From assembly GCF_006345805.1 (NCBI RefSeq), contig NC_042999.1, forward strand, positions 174,282,001-174,346,000: DNA of 64,000 nt, in the 5' to 3' direction. The translations under genes and the position numbers were made by a program. Origin of the DNA: Octopus sinensis (Eukaryota). The notes under the pieces are model-generated. The model made no database searches and was not told the DNA's origin. It saw only the letters and a program-made list of their open reading frames with translations. Shown here piece by piece: positions 14,958-27,400 of this stretch (positions are counted from its first letter, which is position 1; the number at the start of each line of letters is the position of its first letter).

Positions 14958-15379
14958 GTGTGTGTATGTGTTCGAGTGTGTGCGGAAATAAAAAGCTAAC
15001 ACAGTATTTCAACAAACCCCACATTATACACAGATATTTCCACATACTCCCTGATCAAGTGATAACGTCCTTCAGCAAATTCATACGTATAAATTAACAA
15101 GTGATACAAAACATAGGAATTCAAGCGTTTAAGTTAAGAATCAACAACACAAAGCACCACAATAACATAATGGTTTCAAATTTCGATACAAAGCCAGCAA
15201 TTTTAGGAGTGGTATAGCCGATTATATCGACTCCGATACTTGACTAATAATTCATCATATCAACCCCGAAGGGAAAGGCAAATTTGACTTCGGCGGCATT
15301 TGAACTCAGGGCGTAAAATCTAGAAGAATTACCGCCAGGCATTTTGTCACACGCGGTAATGATTCTGCCAGCTCCCCGC

Positions 15380-15900
15380 ATTGAACACTACAATAAGCTT
15401 ATACAACTATACGTATCACTAACAACTTCACTAACCTTCTTACCGGGCTATGCAACTATACACTTCAATCAATATCTCCAAAGACATCCAGCAGCAACCA
15501 TTTTGGAGGAGACTTCAAAGTACACAAACAGTCTAGTACCAAAGCAATAACGAAAAAGCTCGAGTTAACTTCACAGTAGCAACACAATTCCCTTTACGTT
15601 GCAAGCGCATCAACACACCAGCATATTCATCAACCTGACTTAATAATTCCCCTCACCCCTCTTGGTATCACTTTTTGATCAACACACCTATACAGCAAAG
15701 AAATTCTCAGCTTTTCCAACAACCAACTTATCTGCATATACTTACACACCAATGGACAAAGGAAAACCACTTTCTTAAATTCTTTCTTAAATTCACAAAC
15801 TCAACATTACCCAATCACCGACGTAAATACGACAGCGCATACAATCAACTGAATAACTCGAGAAACAAAGCTTTCAAAGTTGTGGCCACTGGAAAAGTAA
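15380..15900 (+). pseudogene. Decayed LINE APE-endonuclease region
   Basis: ATTTTGGAGGAGACTTCAAAGTACAC approximates the I(L)GGDFNxH motif, and a later segment resembles the xIDL motif; many stops and indels. Confidence 0.35.
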
Positions 15901-16078
15901 CATACTTTTACAGTGTAATATAAAATTCAACGTTTTCTACACAATCCAAACAACCAATACAAGAAAAACAGCGTCAAATAACACGTAAACAAGGCACACA
16001 ACTTAAATAAAATTCAGTGTCAAGCAATCGACAAGGAAGTAACTAAAAAAAAAACTAAAATAAATTGGTAACATTCTT

Positions 16079-17025
16079 ATACAGAGTCTTGCAAATAAAT
16101 TGAGACCAATTTTAAGCAGTTGGCTAAGTGGGTTTAGCATTTCATTTTTTGACAAAACCTTGCTTGCTTGAAAATCTAATCCTCTTCTTTATTTTCCCGG
16201 TAAATGACAACTCTTGCAATGAAACACAATGTGTTCCGCTCCACAGAATTCAGATCTGTGATAAAGAATCTTGGCATGACTAGCTATGTTCGACGACGCT
16301 GTCACCTCCTAACAGCCAAGGCCAAAGCAATCATAGTAGAGAGATGCCTAAAGCTACTGTCGTTGATCAAGCATCAAAGTGCAGAAAAACACTCGTGTTT
16401 ATAGATGAGAAGTTCACTGTAGACGCTGAAGTGAATCGCAGAAATTCTCGAGTGGTTGCTTACAACCCTTCTGAGGTCCCCACTATGTTTGAGACTAAGA
16501 TGGTATTTGAAGCTGTGGCGATTGATAGAAGTGTCATAGATCCACACTTCATTGACTCTGGCTTGAAGATCGGTACAAAGTAGTATCTGGACATTCTGAA
16601 GAACTCTCTGTTACCTTGGCTGGAACAGAAATTTGGGCTTGACAATGTGGTGCTTATCCAGGATTCTGCACTATGCCATGGGTCAAAAGCAACTCAGGCC
16701 TTCTTTGGTGAGAAGGTGCCATTTTTTGTGAGGGCCAAAATCTGGCCCAGTAATAGCCCAGATCTCAACCTTCTCGATTACTTTTTATGGGGCGTACTTC
16801 AAGCAAGGACCTATGCTTCATCACACTCGAGCGTCATGCGTGCGACACACAAAATCAAAAGGGCGGAGGTTGCGGCAGCTGAAAAAATTTCGTTCTCATA
16901 TGGAGGCAGTAATTGCCCAAAAGGGCAGCCATATTGAGTGATAAATGTTTTTGTTGTAATAAATGTTACATTAAAATTATATAAGACTACTACCATTGTT
17001 TTAATAATTATAACCAGTTTTATGC
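16079..17025 (+). mobile_element. Decayed DD37D (maT/Bmmar1-type) Tc1-mariner transposon with internal deletion
   Basis: Fragments FIDEKFTV...NRRN, IQDSALCH and WPSNSPDLNLLD; 37 residues counted between the second and third Asp. First HTH missing; TIRs degenerate. Confidence 0.85.
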
Positions 17026-17742
17026 ACCCATACGGATAAACCTAACAGTTGGCAGATAGTTTGCCAACTCCTCCTTAATTTCTTCCTGAGAGAAGATCTT
17101 GATGGTGTCGGGGACCCTGGAATATGTCCTTAACACCACCGTTCTCTCCGTATAATTTTTCAACCATTCTTTGGAGGCCACAATTTGCTACTCCAAAGCG
17201 GATTTCACAGTTTCCATCAAAAATCAAAATGTTCAAATGAAAGTCTATAAAGAAACTCAAAAAAGATCAGAAAGACAGACAGAAGAAGAAAGAGCGAAGG
17301 AAGATAGTCCAAAATGGCAACACATAGTCCAAAATGGCAACACAACACAACACAATTCTGCTACTCTGGTAATCCCAGTCCTTCGCATCACGAATAGTAT
17401 TCCGTCCTACTCTGGCTGTACTCTTATTCTTTATGGTAAAAATCCACTAGAAAGTGCACAAACACAGTCATAGAAAATTCCAAAAACTTTTCGGAGGACA
17501 CGCCTTCCAAAATAAACACAATTCTCACTACGAAGAGAATCTTCTTGCACGACCACTGGCAAAAAAATGCCTGGAACCCAGTGGAGACCCCTATTCGAAG
17601 AAAATACTTAAATACAAACAACAGACCCCACTAAGCTCCCAAAAAACAAATGCTTCACCTATGGTCGTGCTTCAAATGTTCAATTTTTCACGTACGACGT
17701 GACTTCCACCGCGACGATAAACAACGCGACAACTTGGTAGCA
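17025..17742 (-). mobile_element. 5' part (5' UTR + ORF1 N-terminus) of a LINE-ORF1-type retroelement, paralog of 22932-25063
   Basis: Minus-strand frame from ATG at 17217: METVKSALE*QIVASKEWLKNYTERTVVLRTYSRVPDTIKIFSQEEIKEELANYLPTVR, 27/52 identical to the 23592 ORF by hand alignment. The 5' UTR start is also homologous. Confidence 0.85.
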
Positions 17743-17781
17743 GTAAGCAAGCTACTTACCACACAGCCACTCCTTCGCCCT
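17743..17781 (-). mobile_element. 5' head of a CORE-type SINE (target of the adjacent insertion)
   Basis: Minus strand GGGCGAAGGAGTGGCTGTGTGGTAAGTAGCTTGCTTAC matches the SINE heads at 22485 and 48107. Confidence 0.85.
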
Positions 17782-17861
17782 ACTTACCACACACACAAAT
17801 TTATCTTTGTAAGTATATATAAATTTGTATCCATGCATGTATATCATATATGTATATATGC

Positions 17862-17950
<89 letters not shown>

Positions 17951-18235
17951 CATATATATATATACATATATATATATACATATATATATATATCACGACT
18001 TCAAAAAGTTATGCTTAAACATAAAATCCCCACTTTCATTATCAATTACATGATTTCATTTATATTAATCTTTATAATTTCTGTGTATGCGTATGCGCGT
18101 GTGAGTGTGCGAGCGCGTGGGTGTGTACGTGTGAGTGCGCGAGCGCGTATGTGTACTAATGAATTTAAAGAAAGGAAGAGAAGTGTGGTAGAAAGCGAGT
18201 CATATGCCTGTGTATGACTGTGTATACGAGAGAGA

Positions 18236-18510
18236 GTGTGTGTACGTTTATATATATGTAATATATATATATATATGCACTTGTGTATTCATGCCTGTAT
18301 GTATGTATGTATGTATGTATGTATGTATGTATGTATGTATGTATATATGTATGTATGTATGTTTGTAAGTATGCATGCCTGTATGTATGTATGTATGTAT
18401 GTATGTATGTATGTATGTATGTATGTATGTATGTATATATGTATGTATCTTAGTAAGTATGCATGCCTGTATGTATGTATGTACGTATGTATGTATGTAT
18501 GTATACACCT
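18236..18510. repeat. (TATG)n microsatellite
   Basis: Directly visible. Confidence 0.95.
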
Positions 18511-18684
18511 ACGCACACCGAGTGAGTTTATTTTGTAATTAAGAATGAAGTAATATAGGTGAATATTGTTTTATGATGCACACGCTTTTCTGAAGAGCAA
18601 TATATGTATATATGTAGGTATGTATGTATGTATGTATGTATATACACACACACACCACACACACATATATATATATATATATGT

Positions 18685-18849
18685 ATGCGTGGTTGTGTGG
18701 TAAGGAGTATGCTTTCCATTTACATGGTTACCGGTTCATTCTCACTGCGAGGCACTTTCGGCAAGTGTTTTCTACTATGACATCCGGCTGAGCAAAGATT
18801 TTGAGTAGATTTGGTAGATGGAAACTGAAAGGAATCTGTCGTGTATGCA

Positions 18850-18907
<58 letters not shown>

Positions 18908-19110
18908 GTGTGTTCGTCCTTCACCACCGCTTGACAACCGGTGCTGGTGTGTTTACGTCTCCGTAAATTACCGGTTCGACGAAAGCGGACGATAGAATAA
19001 GTGCCAGGCTTTAAAATAGATAAGTATTGGGGTCGATTCATTCAACTAAAAATCCTTCAGGGCGATCCTCCAGCATGGTCGCAGTTCACTGACAGAAACA
19101 CGTAAAAGAT
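18685..19110 (+). mobile_element. Diverged CORE-type tRNA SINE with internal (TG)n
   Basis: Collinear with the 22485 SINE (GGCACTTTCGGCAAGTGTTTTCTACTA core; tail CTCCAGCATGGTCGCAGT). Confidence 0.8.
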
Positions 19111-19558
19111 ACATAGCATCAGGGGCGATAACTATCTGGTGGTTGTGTTGGTGGCTGTGGTGTTCTTGGTGGTGGTAGTTGTGGTGTTGTTGTTATTGTT
19201 GTTGTTGTTGGTGGTGGTGGTGGTAGTGGTGGTGGTGGTGGGGATGGCATGAAATGCGAGGCTGTCATGACAAACCCATTCGTATCTAACAGAATATTTA
19301 TAAACACAGATGTGTGTATTGAAATAGTTGCATTGGTGTATATATGTATGTGTGTTTATGCATTTATATATGTATGTGTGTCTCTTCACACACACACACA
19401 CATACTCACACGCATTTATTTCAAAGTATATATATATGCGTATATATCTGTATGTATGCATTTATTTGTGCTAGCATATTTACGTATGTGTACATGCATG
19501 GTTTGTATGTAAATATATGCTGAATATACATCCATACATGTATATATATATGTGTATG

Positions 19559-19628
<70 letters not shown>

Positions 19629-21245
19629 TACATGCACATGTGTGTACAAATGTGTATGTGTAAAAGTGTGTGTAGTGTGTGTTGTGTGTGTGTTTGTATT
19701 ATCCACCATCGCTTTGGAAAAATTAATTATGATAAATGCGTTTTATTTATGTTAAAACTTTTATAGAAGATGAAATTTATAAGATAACTAGCAAAATGTA
19801 AAACGATTCATACATGTATGTGTACTTGTAAAATGTGCATGTATATGTAAATTTAAAATATTACCTGCATGATAGGAGTTCTCATGCCTCGAATATTGTA
19901 ATATTGTGATATTATCTTTTATTCTATCTTTTTATCATTTTGTGTTCTTTTTGCCTTGACAAGTTTTATATAAAGCATGTTACATGAATTAACAAGCTCC
20001 ATGAGATGGGAACAACTGTGAACGCAAAGAATTGTAGAAGATAATTAACAATTTTTATGTCATTAATTTTAGTGAAGGTGTTTTCATGTTTTATCAAGTA
20101 TAAATTATATTTATTATAGTGTATTTCTCCGAGGCAAATATCGTAGCTTCAAAGTATCAAAGTATACAAGGCAATTCTGTGTGCGATGCAAAGAGGTAAA
20201 CATTTTCTTTTATTCTATTCACCATATTTATACGCTAATATTAATGAAATGTCTACACAGATTTCAGTATAAAATAAGCAGTTTCCACATATAAAATAAC
20301 AAATGAAGTAAAAGGAAATTTTGTGCACATGCGCATGTATATAATGATGAGTTCTTTTTTGTTGTGTTTTTGTTGGGTTTTTTTGGGGTTTTTTTGCATG
20401 TCGAAATAAATAGCAGACATAATCATAACAAAGTAACCTATTTTTGTTCCTCTCTAAATGTGTCTATAGGTGAAATTTCGTGCATGAAATGGCTGTGTGG
20501 TTAATTTTTTTTTTTTAAGGCTGCAGATGTTGCATAGAAAAATAAACATACAGACATATATATTTCTCTTAAGCATAGAAAGATATTGATGCACGCGCGC
20601 GCGTGTGTGTATGTATGTGTGTAAACTAACGTAGTAGATATATAAAGATGTAGTAGATATATAAACGTAGTGGATATATAAACACGTAGTAGATATATAA
20701 ATCAATTTTTCCGTAGATTGAAAAAAAAATTATAAACACCATTGTCTGATTTTCAACCCTCGTTAGCTTCTCATCAGAAGTGTGTAATTACTTGACCAAT
20801 CCAGAGAAAAGCAAGTAGCCAACCCGTATATGTACACATCATATTAATTATTTCCAGAGAACTGGAGCTGTTGATTAGCACTCTATAAGTGGTTAACTTT
20901 TTATGTGGGGCCAATCAACTAGGAACGCAGTCCACATAGTATCATGGTATGTTATAATATATGCAAATCTGCAAAGTAGACATACCAAGAGGTCAAATTT
21001 ACATATTTCTCCGAGGATTGAAAACATTATGAACGGCCTTAATTAATTTTCTTTATACTAATAACTGTTACACTTTAAATATATGTCAATGCTTCCACAG
21101 GTATATATCTTATATATACTAATATTGTATTAACACACATATGTACACACACACATATACGTATATATATTTATTAATATGTATGCATATGTAATCGTAT
21201 ATAATATACTCTATATTACACACACATGCACATACACACAGATTT

Positions 21246-21335
<90 letters not shown>

Positions 21336-21989
21336 GTATGCATGTATGCATATATGCATGTATATATGTACGTGTGTATATTGAAGGTACAAATTTTCTC
21401 AATGATAGTCTATTTTGATCTGAAATTCACTAGTCTACTCTACAGAGAAGAATCAAGTCAATCATTGTAAGGAATTATAACTTCAATTCTCTCTATATAT
21501 AAATATATACATTCTTCACTTGTAAATGTTGTAAATTTTATTCTTCACAAGAATTTTTAATGAGAAGTTGTTGAAAGATATTTTGGCAGTATGGGCGACT
21601 CAACCTTCCAATAAAAGCATGTGCGCTGTATTCTTTTATTCTTTAATATGTTTTCGTCATTTGACTGCAGCCATGCTGGAGCACTACCTTGAAGGGTTTA
21701 AGTCAAACAAATCGACCTCAGGGCTTAAGCACATCAACACCGGTTGCCAAGTGGTAATGGGGGACAAACACTAACACAAAGACACACTCACACACACACA
21801 CATATATATATATATACACACACACACACATATATATATATATATTATATATCAAAATAAAATCAAAATAATCAACATGATATCCAGAAGTGATGCAGTA
21901 AGACTGCTTCAAGCGGCTCCATTTAATTGAACAATGCAATCATTACATCAATTTAAATGCAGAACTATCCTCAGTTGCATAAATAAATA

Positions 21990-22483
21990 AATAGAATTAA
22001 TTTAATCAGTCGGACACATTTGTATAATTTTACTCAAATCCTCTAATAGGGTAAGAACACAGACAAACCAGGAATATTGGTCCCAGCAGATAAAGCTGGA
22101 AACTTATATAGACTGGACTATGCCACCTATAGGAAACTATTAATGAAGGAACTTAACGCTAAATATAAAATAGCAAAGAATAAGAATCTATCAGATTAAT
22201 CTATCTATTAACTTAGAAGTTAAGGAAGTTATGCTGGAATATGACTTAGCGGACAGGACAAAATCCTTAAAACCAAATGAACCAAGGATTAACCTCAAGG
22301 ACCACAGAAGAACTTCCATGATAATCCTACTGTGAAACTAATTTGCCCGACTAAGTCTGATATTGGTCGACTTAGCAAATCTATTCTGGAGACTATACTA
22401 CCCCTTATAATTCCCAACATATCTCTCAAATAATGGTTTGATATGGATGAAGTAATACATTGATTTAAATCCATTAAAAACAT
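21990..22483 (+). pseudogene. Penelope-like element RT, N-terminal part (Naiad-like motifs), disrupted
   Basis: Manual translation: ILVPADKAGNLYRLDY...YK...INLKDH...NPTVKLICPTKSDIGRLSK..., matching the PLE PADKxxNLY / LKDHK / RLINPxKSELG motifs. Confidence 0.75.
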
Positions 22484-22484
22484 A

Positions 22485-22858
22485 GACGCAGGAGTGGCTG
22501 TGTGGTAAGTAGCTTGTTTACCAACCACATGGTTCTGGGTTCAGTCCCACTGCGTGGCACTTTGGACAAGTGTCTTCTACTATAGCCTCGGGCCGACCAA
22601 AGCCTTGTGAGTGGATTTGGTAGACGGAAACTGAAAGAAGCCCGTCGTATATATGCATATATATATATGCGTGTGTGTTTGTGTGTCTGTGTTTGTCCCC
22701 CTAGTGTATTTATGTCCCCGTTACTTAGCGGTTCGGCAAAAGAGACCGATAGAATAAGTACTGGGCTTACAAAAGAATAAGTCCCGGGGTCGAGTTGCTC
22801 GACTAAAGGCGGTGCTCCAGCATGGCCGCAGTCAAATAACTGAAACAAGTAAAAGAGT
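22485..22858 (+). mobile_element. Full-length CORE-type tRNA SINE (OR2-like, from recall)
   Basis: Head GACGCAGGAGTGGCTGTGTGGTAAG...GGTTCAGTCCC, CORE-like GGCACTTTGGACAAGTGTC, internal (TA)(TG), tail GAAACAAGTAAAAGAG. Confidence 0.9.
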
Positions 22859-22931
22859 ATAATAATTATTCTTTTATTCAATTTGACATTAACAGGCTCG
22901 GGTGTGGCTGTGTGGTAAGTAGCTTCTTACC

Positions 22932-25063
22932 AGACAGACGTGTTGTTTTTTGCTCCTGCAAATGTCACGTGTTTGAACGTGAAATGTTGAACTTTTGACT
23001 CGGCGACAGGTAAGACGTTCTGTATTTTTAGAAGCATAGTGAAGTTTATTGCTTGCTTAATGTTATTTAGCAGTTAACGTTATCTATCATTAATATTTTT
23101 GTGCGGGTAATAGACTTCACTTTACTTCAGATATATTTCTCTGCCTGTTGTCGTGTCTAAGGTCTCACTCTTTAGTGAGAATTGTGCTTTTTGAGGAGGC
23201 GTAGCCCCTCCGCAAAAATTAATTTGTTTGCTTGTGTTTTACTACTTCGCAAGAAAATTATAAAAATAAGCCACTATTGGATTACCTTTCGGACCCATTT
23301 TTGTGGAGGTTGTGTTGCAGTTGCGGCGTTCCAGGTTCAACCCAGGCCGGGAGTACCGCAAGGCCAGAATATTTTTGCTGTGTTTTTTTCTGTTTATTAA
23401 CTTTCTTTCGAACTTCATTTAACCCCCCCCCCTTTTGTTTTTTTTCTTTATTGCGACTTTCCGTTGATTCCCTCCCTTCTGTTGTGCTTTCTCCTTTTTG
23501 TTTTTTCAAAAATCTATCAAATTTTATTTAGACTTTTGAACTTTTTTCTTCCTGCTTTTTGAGTTTAATTTGAATATATTTTTAAAAAAACATGGCAATG
23601 AAAAATAACAAAATTTTGGAGTGGGAAATCATACCACCTAAAAAGTGGTTAAAAGACCGTGAAGATAGGACGGTGGTGTTGAGAACCTACTCCAAGGCAC
23701 TCGACACCATCGCCTTATTCGAAAAGACGGCAATTGAGGAGGAGTTGGAAGAGTATTTTCCAACAATTAAATTCATTTCCAGGGGTGTCAAATATGCAAC
23801 GGTGTGGTTGCTATTTGACACCCCTGAAGAGGCTTGCAAATTTGCTAGCAAACCCTTGGAGGGTAAGGAAATCTTATTCCTGCCCACGTACAAAAAAAAG
23901 AAATTGATGAAAGCTTGGATCTGCGGACTGCCACCCGACATAGAACCCGAGTGGATAGAGGAGACTATCCGCCGGGGTCTGGGTGACAGCGAAACTAAGC
24001 TCCTCAATGTAAAAGTTCTTCCTGCGGCTGCTTGGGTTGGGTCAAAAGCAATTTTAACCCTGTGGACCCAATCAGCCAATCTGGTCATCGGTGCTTGGAG
24101 TCCGGCCACATAAAGAAGAACTGTCCTCGGGAACAAAATAGGATCCCAGAACAGTTAAGTAAAACCCCTCTAGAAGAGGGAACGATAACGGCCGAGAAAG
24201 CAGAGGACTCCTCAAACAGAGGCCGAAAGAGGAAGGTGAGCAACAATGGGTGCTCACCAAAGGATAATAGGGATGAGGAGAGGAAGGCGAATCTTCCAGC
24301 CACGGAGGAGACGCACCCTCCCTCAGTTGAAAAGGGAAAAAAAAAAGAAAAAGAGGAAGAAAAACGGGACATTACCGGCTGTCAGTGTAGCACCGGAATG
24401 TCGCGGAACTACGTCGGTTGGGGTTGTGCCACCGACAAGAGAAGGAATACCGTTGGCGGAAACTGTGCCGCCAACGAAAGAACTGAATGTATTGGTCCTC
24501 TTCTATAGAGGAGGAGAAATTGAAAAGTGATGGAAGAGTACTACAAGGGAGCACCTTTAGCCTTCACACAGGACCCCGAATGGCCTCCGCAGGTAGCTGT
24601 GGAGGCCGTGGCGTTCGACGTGACGCTAGAGCTAAAGGAGCTCAATGAAGATTATAACTTGGTCCCGGGCGACGCGAACTCGGAACTTGACTACGTTCTG
24701 AGGGAGGCGTGGTTGATGGTGGAGGGCGCGGGCACAAGCTATTTCGAGGACGATATGTATTATTAGTAATGGACTTAAGTCCAAAAATTGAAAAATTGTA
24801 AGAGGATTAATACCTCGTTTTGTATTAATAATGGACTGCTAAGTCCAAAAATTGGAAAAATTGTAAGAGGTTTAATACCTCGTTTTGTGTTTATCTTTTT
24901 AAAAAGAACAATGTTTTAGAGAAGCAAAAGTCGGCGGGCGCTTTCTGTCTTCTCCCATCCTTATCATCTTTCTTTCATTATCATTCACCTCATTAATGTC
25001 CTCGTCCAGCCCGCAAAGCTAACTTAATCTGTGTACTGCCTTTATGGCAAATGTTTTGAAATA
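22932..25063 (+). mobile_element. ~2.1-kb non-LTR retroelement encoding only an ORF1/gag-like protein (L1/Tx1-type; HAL1-like architecture), inserted in a SINE head
   Basis: ~660-bp 5' UTR; ORF1 23592-24766 in four frames; ~300-bp 3' UTR ending GTTTTGAAATAAA. Imperfect TSD AAGTAGCTT(C/GT)TTACCA at 22917-22932 and 25064-25080. No EN or RT sequence. Confidence 0.8.
23592..24766 (+). pseudogene. LINE ORF1-like protein (RRM-like region, CCHC knuckle remnant, basic linker, acidic C-terminus), about 3 frameshifts
   Basis: ORFs 23592-24113, 24032-24508, 24246-24530 and 24527-24766 are collinear. RRM-like ATVWLLFDTPEEA and WICGLPPDI; (G)HRCLESGHIKKNCP = CX2CX4HX4C with the first Cys lost. Confidence 0.75.
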
Positions 25064-25443
25064 AAGTAGCTTGTTTACCAACCACATAGTTCTGAGTTCA
25101 GTCCCACTGCGTGGCACCTTGGGCAGGTGTCTTCTACTATAGCCTCGGACCGACCAAAGCCTTGTGAGTGGATTTGGTCGACGGAAACTGAAAGAAGCCC
25201 GTCGTATATGTGTATATATATGCGTGTGTGTGCTTGTGTGTCTGTGTTTGTCCCCCTAGCATTGCTTGACAACCGATGCTGGTGTGTTTATGTCCCCATT
25301 ACTTAGCGGTTCGGCAAAAGAGACCGATAGAATAAGTACTGGGCTTACAAAAGAATAAGTCCCGGGGTCGAGTTGCTCGATTAAAGGTGGTGCTCCAGCA
25401 TGGCTGCAGTCAAATGACTGAAACAAGTAAAAGAGTAAAGAGT
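25064..25443 (+). mobile_element. Remainder of the interrupted CORE-type SINE (5' head at 22896-22931)
   Basis: Continues from AAGTAGCTTGTTTACCAACCAC through core and tail; the head GGTGTGGCTGTGTGGTAAGTAGCTTCTTAC lies left of the insertion. Confidence 0.9.
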
Positions 25444-26623
25444 TATTATTCCAGTATATTCCCTATTCTTCTCAAAAGATCTCTAATTTTCGCAAAAAAA
25501 CCTCTCTCTTATAACTAGAGATGAAATTGACATTATTCTTTTAGCTAGGAGGACTATCATAGAATTTTGAGGGTAAGCTTTGGACTAGGTCTGATACCTC
25601 TGAAAATTTCGATATAGCTATGGGCTCAAGTGATTCGGCCGAAATCACTAATCTAGTTGCTGCGCGTCTTTTAAAGTGCCTCAATAGAGAAATCCCTGAA
25701 TTCCAGGGAGGTTTATACAGAGATGATGCTCTATTTATCATCCCTAGCAACAACGAATCAGTCATAGAATGATTGAGATAAAGAATTAGAGATTTTTTTT
25801 AAAACTTCAACTTAGGTATTACGTATGAATATGGCACAAAGGTAGTAAATTTTTTAAATACTACTTTAGACATTAGCTCAGGATTATACCACCTCTATAG
25901 GAAACCAGGTGAAGTTACGAGATACGTGAGCAAATTATCAAATCAACCCCTAGTGTGTTAAAATCGGTAGTTAAAAGTATTTCTAGGAAAATTACAAAAT
26001 TCTCAGCAAATAATTATATTTTTAATACCCATTCCCACCACTACAATTTTGCTTTGTCTAAGGCGGGATATGACCAGGAAATTACTTTTCTTAGTCCTGA
26101 AAGTTTAGCAGCTTCTAATAGTGGAAATAATGAGAGTTTGAGTAATAGAGGGACTACTAATTTACTTAGTTGTGAAAAAATACCAAATGGAAAAGTATCC
26201 TACAAACCCAACAATTTAAATATTAATAGAATAAGCAACAACAGGAAATTGGATGCTAAAACGGGAACGAAGCTTATGTTAGATAGTAAAGATAGTGATG
26301 AGAAAGTGCTGGTTACTCCTAGATATGAAAACTACTGGAAATAGGAACATACCTAATAATCAAGTCACGATTCTAGGGAACAGGTAGAACAGGTAGATCC
26401 TGCCCTTACTTACACCGTAAGTTTGAAAGTAAGGACTTCGTCTGGTTCAATATCCCTTACAACTGTGCCATACCCACAAACATATATATGTAATTTATGG
26501 CTATTTTAGAAAAACACTACCCTACTCCCTATAGATATAACAGAATCTTTTCACGTAGAATCTCGTATTCTACTCTTCCCATCATAGCTAGATTAAATAA
26601 GAATATAAAATTAGCAAGAAGTG

Positions 26624-26667
<44 letters not shown>

Positions 26668-26722
26668 GATGATGATGATGATGAGGATGAGGATGATGAT
26701 GATAATAATGATGATGAGGATG

Positions 26723-26763
<41 letters not shown>

Positions 26764-26930
26764 GTCAACTATAACGTAAACCTCCAAAATGGGAATAATA
26801 ATATTAATGAAGAAGTGGAAAATAGAAATGGTGGTGCTAATACTTCTAATATACACAATATAGATTGTAACTCTGGTGCCTATACTAGCATAGATATACT
26901 TTCATATAGCTCTGGTGCCTATACTTTCAT
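25444..26930 (+). pseudogene. Penelope-like element RT continuation (Naiad-like), disrupted
   Basis: NFDIAMGSSDSAEITNLV, GGLYRDDAL, FLNTTLDI, LSNQP and ILEKHYP...YNRIFSRRISYS motifs. Stops, frameshifts and an (AAT)/(GAT)n expansion; truncated before GIY-YIG. Confidence 0.8.
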
Positions 26931-27400
26931 AAGGAAGAAAGGCAAAGTCGACCTCGGCGGAATTTGAACTTAGAACGTAGCGGCAGACGAAATACCTATT
27001 TCGTTACTACCCACAAGGGGCTAAATACAGGGGGGACAAACAAGGACAAACAAACGGGTTAAGTCGATTACATCGGCCTCAGTGCATAACTGGTACCTAT
27101 TTAATCGATCCCGAAAGAATGAAAGGCAAAGTCGACCTCGGCGGAATTTGAACTCAGAACGTAAAGACAGACGAAATACCTATTCCTTTATTTCCCACAA
27201 GGGGCTAAACATAGAGGGGACAAACAAGGACAGACATAGGTATTAAGTCGATTACATCGACCCCATTGCGTAACTGGTACTTAATTTATCGACCCCGAAA
27301 GGATGAAAGGCAAAGTCGACCTCGGCGGAATTTGAACTCAGAACATAACGACAGACGAAATACCGTTAAGCATTTCGCTCGGTGTGCTAACGTTTCTGCC
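26929..27400 (-). mobile_element. Head-to-tail trimer of the GCCTTTCATCC-core SINE
   Basis: Three repeats of AAAGTCGACCTCGGCGGAATTTGAACT, joined at GAAATACCTATT junctions. Confidence 0.85.

Noticed and set aside
19119-19307. Pro/Thr-rich ORF resembling a mucin or formin segment
   Set aside because: Composed of (GGT)/(GTT) trinucleotide repeats with no flanking coding signal.
25444-26500. In-frame TGA codons in the Naiad-like PLE as possible selenocysteine
   Set aside because: They accompany frameshifts and TAA/TAG stops in the RT, and the GIY-YIG region and any SECIS are absent; simple decay.
26497-26967. 156-aa Asn/Asp-rich ORF
   Set aside because: A PLE RT C-terminal remnant read through an (AAT)/(GAT)n expansion into a SINE; not an independent gene.
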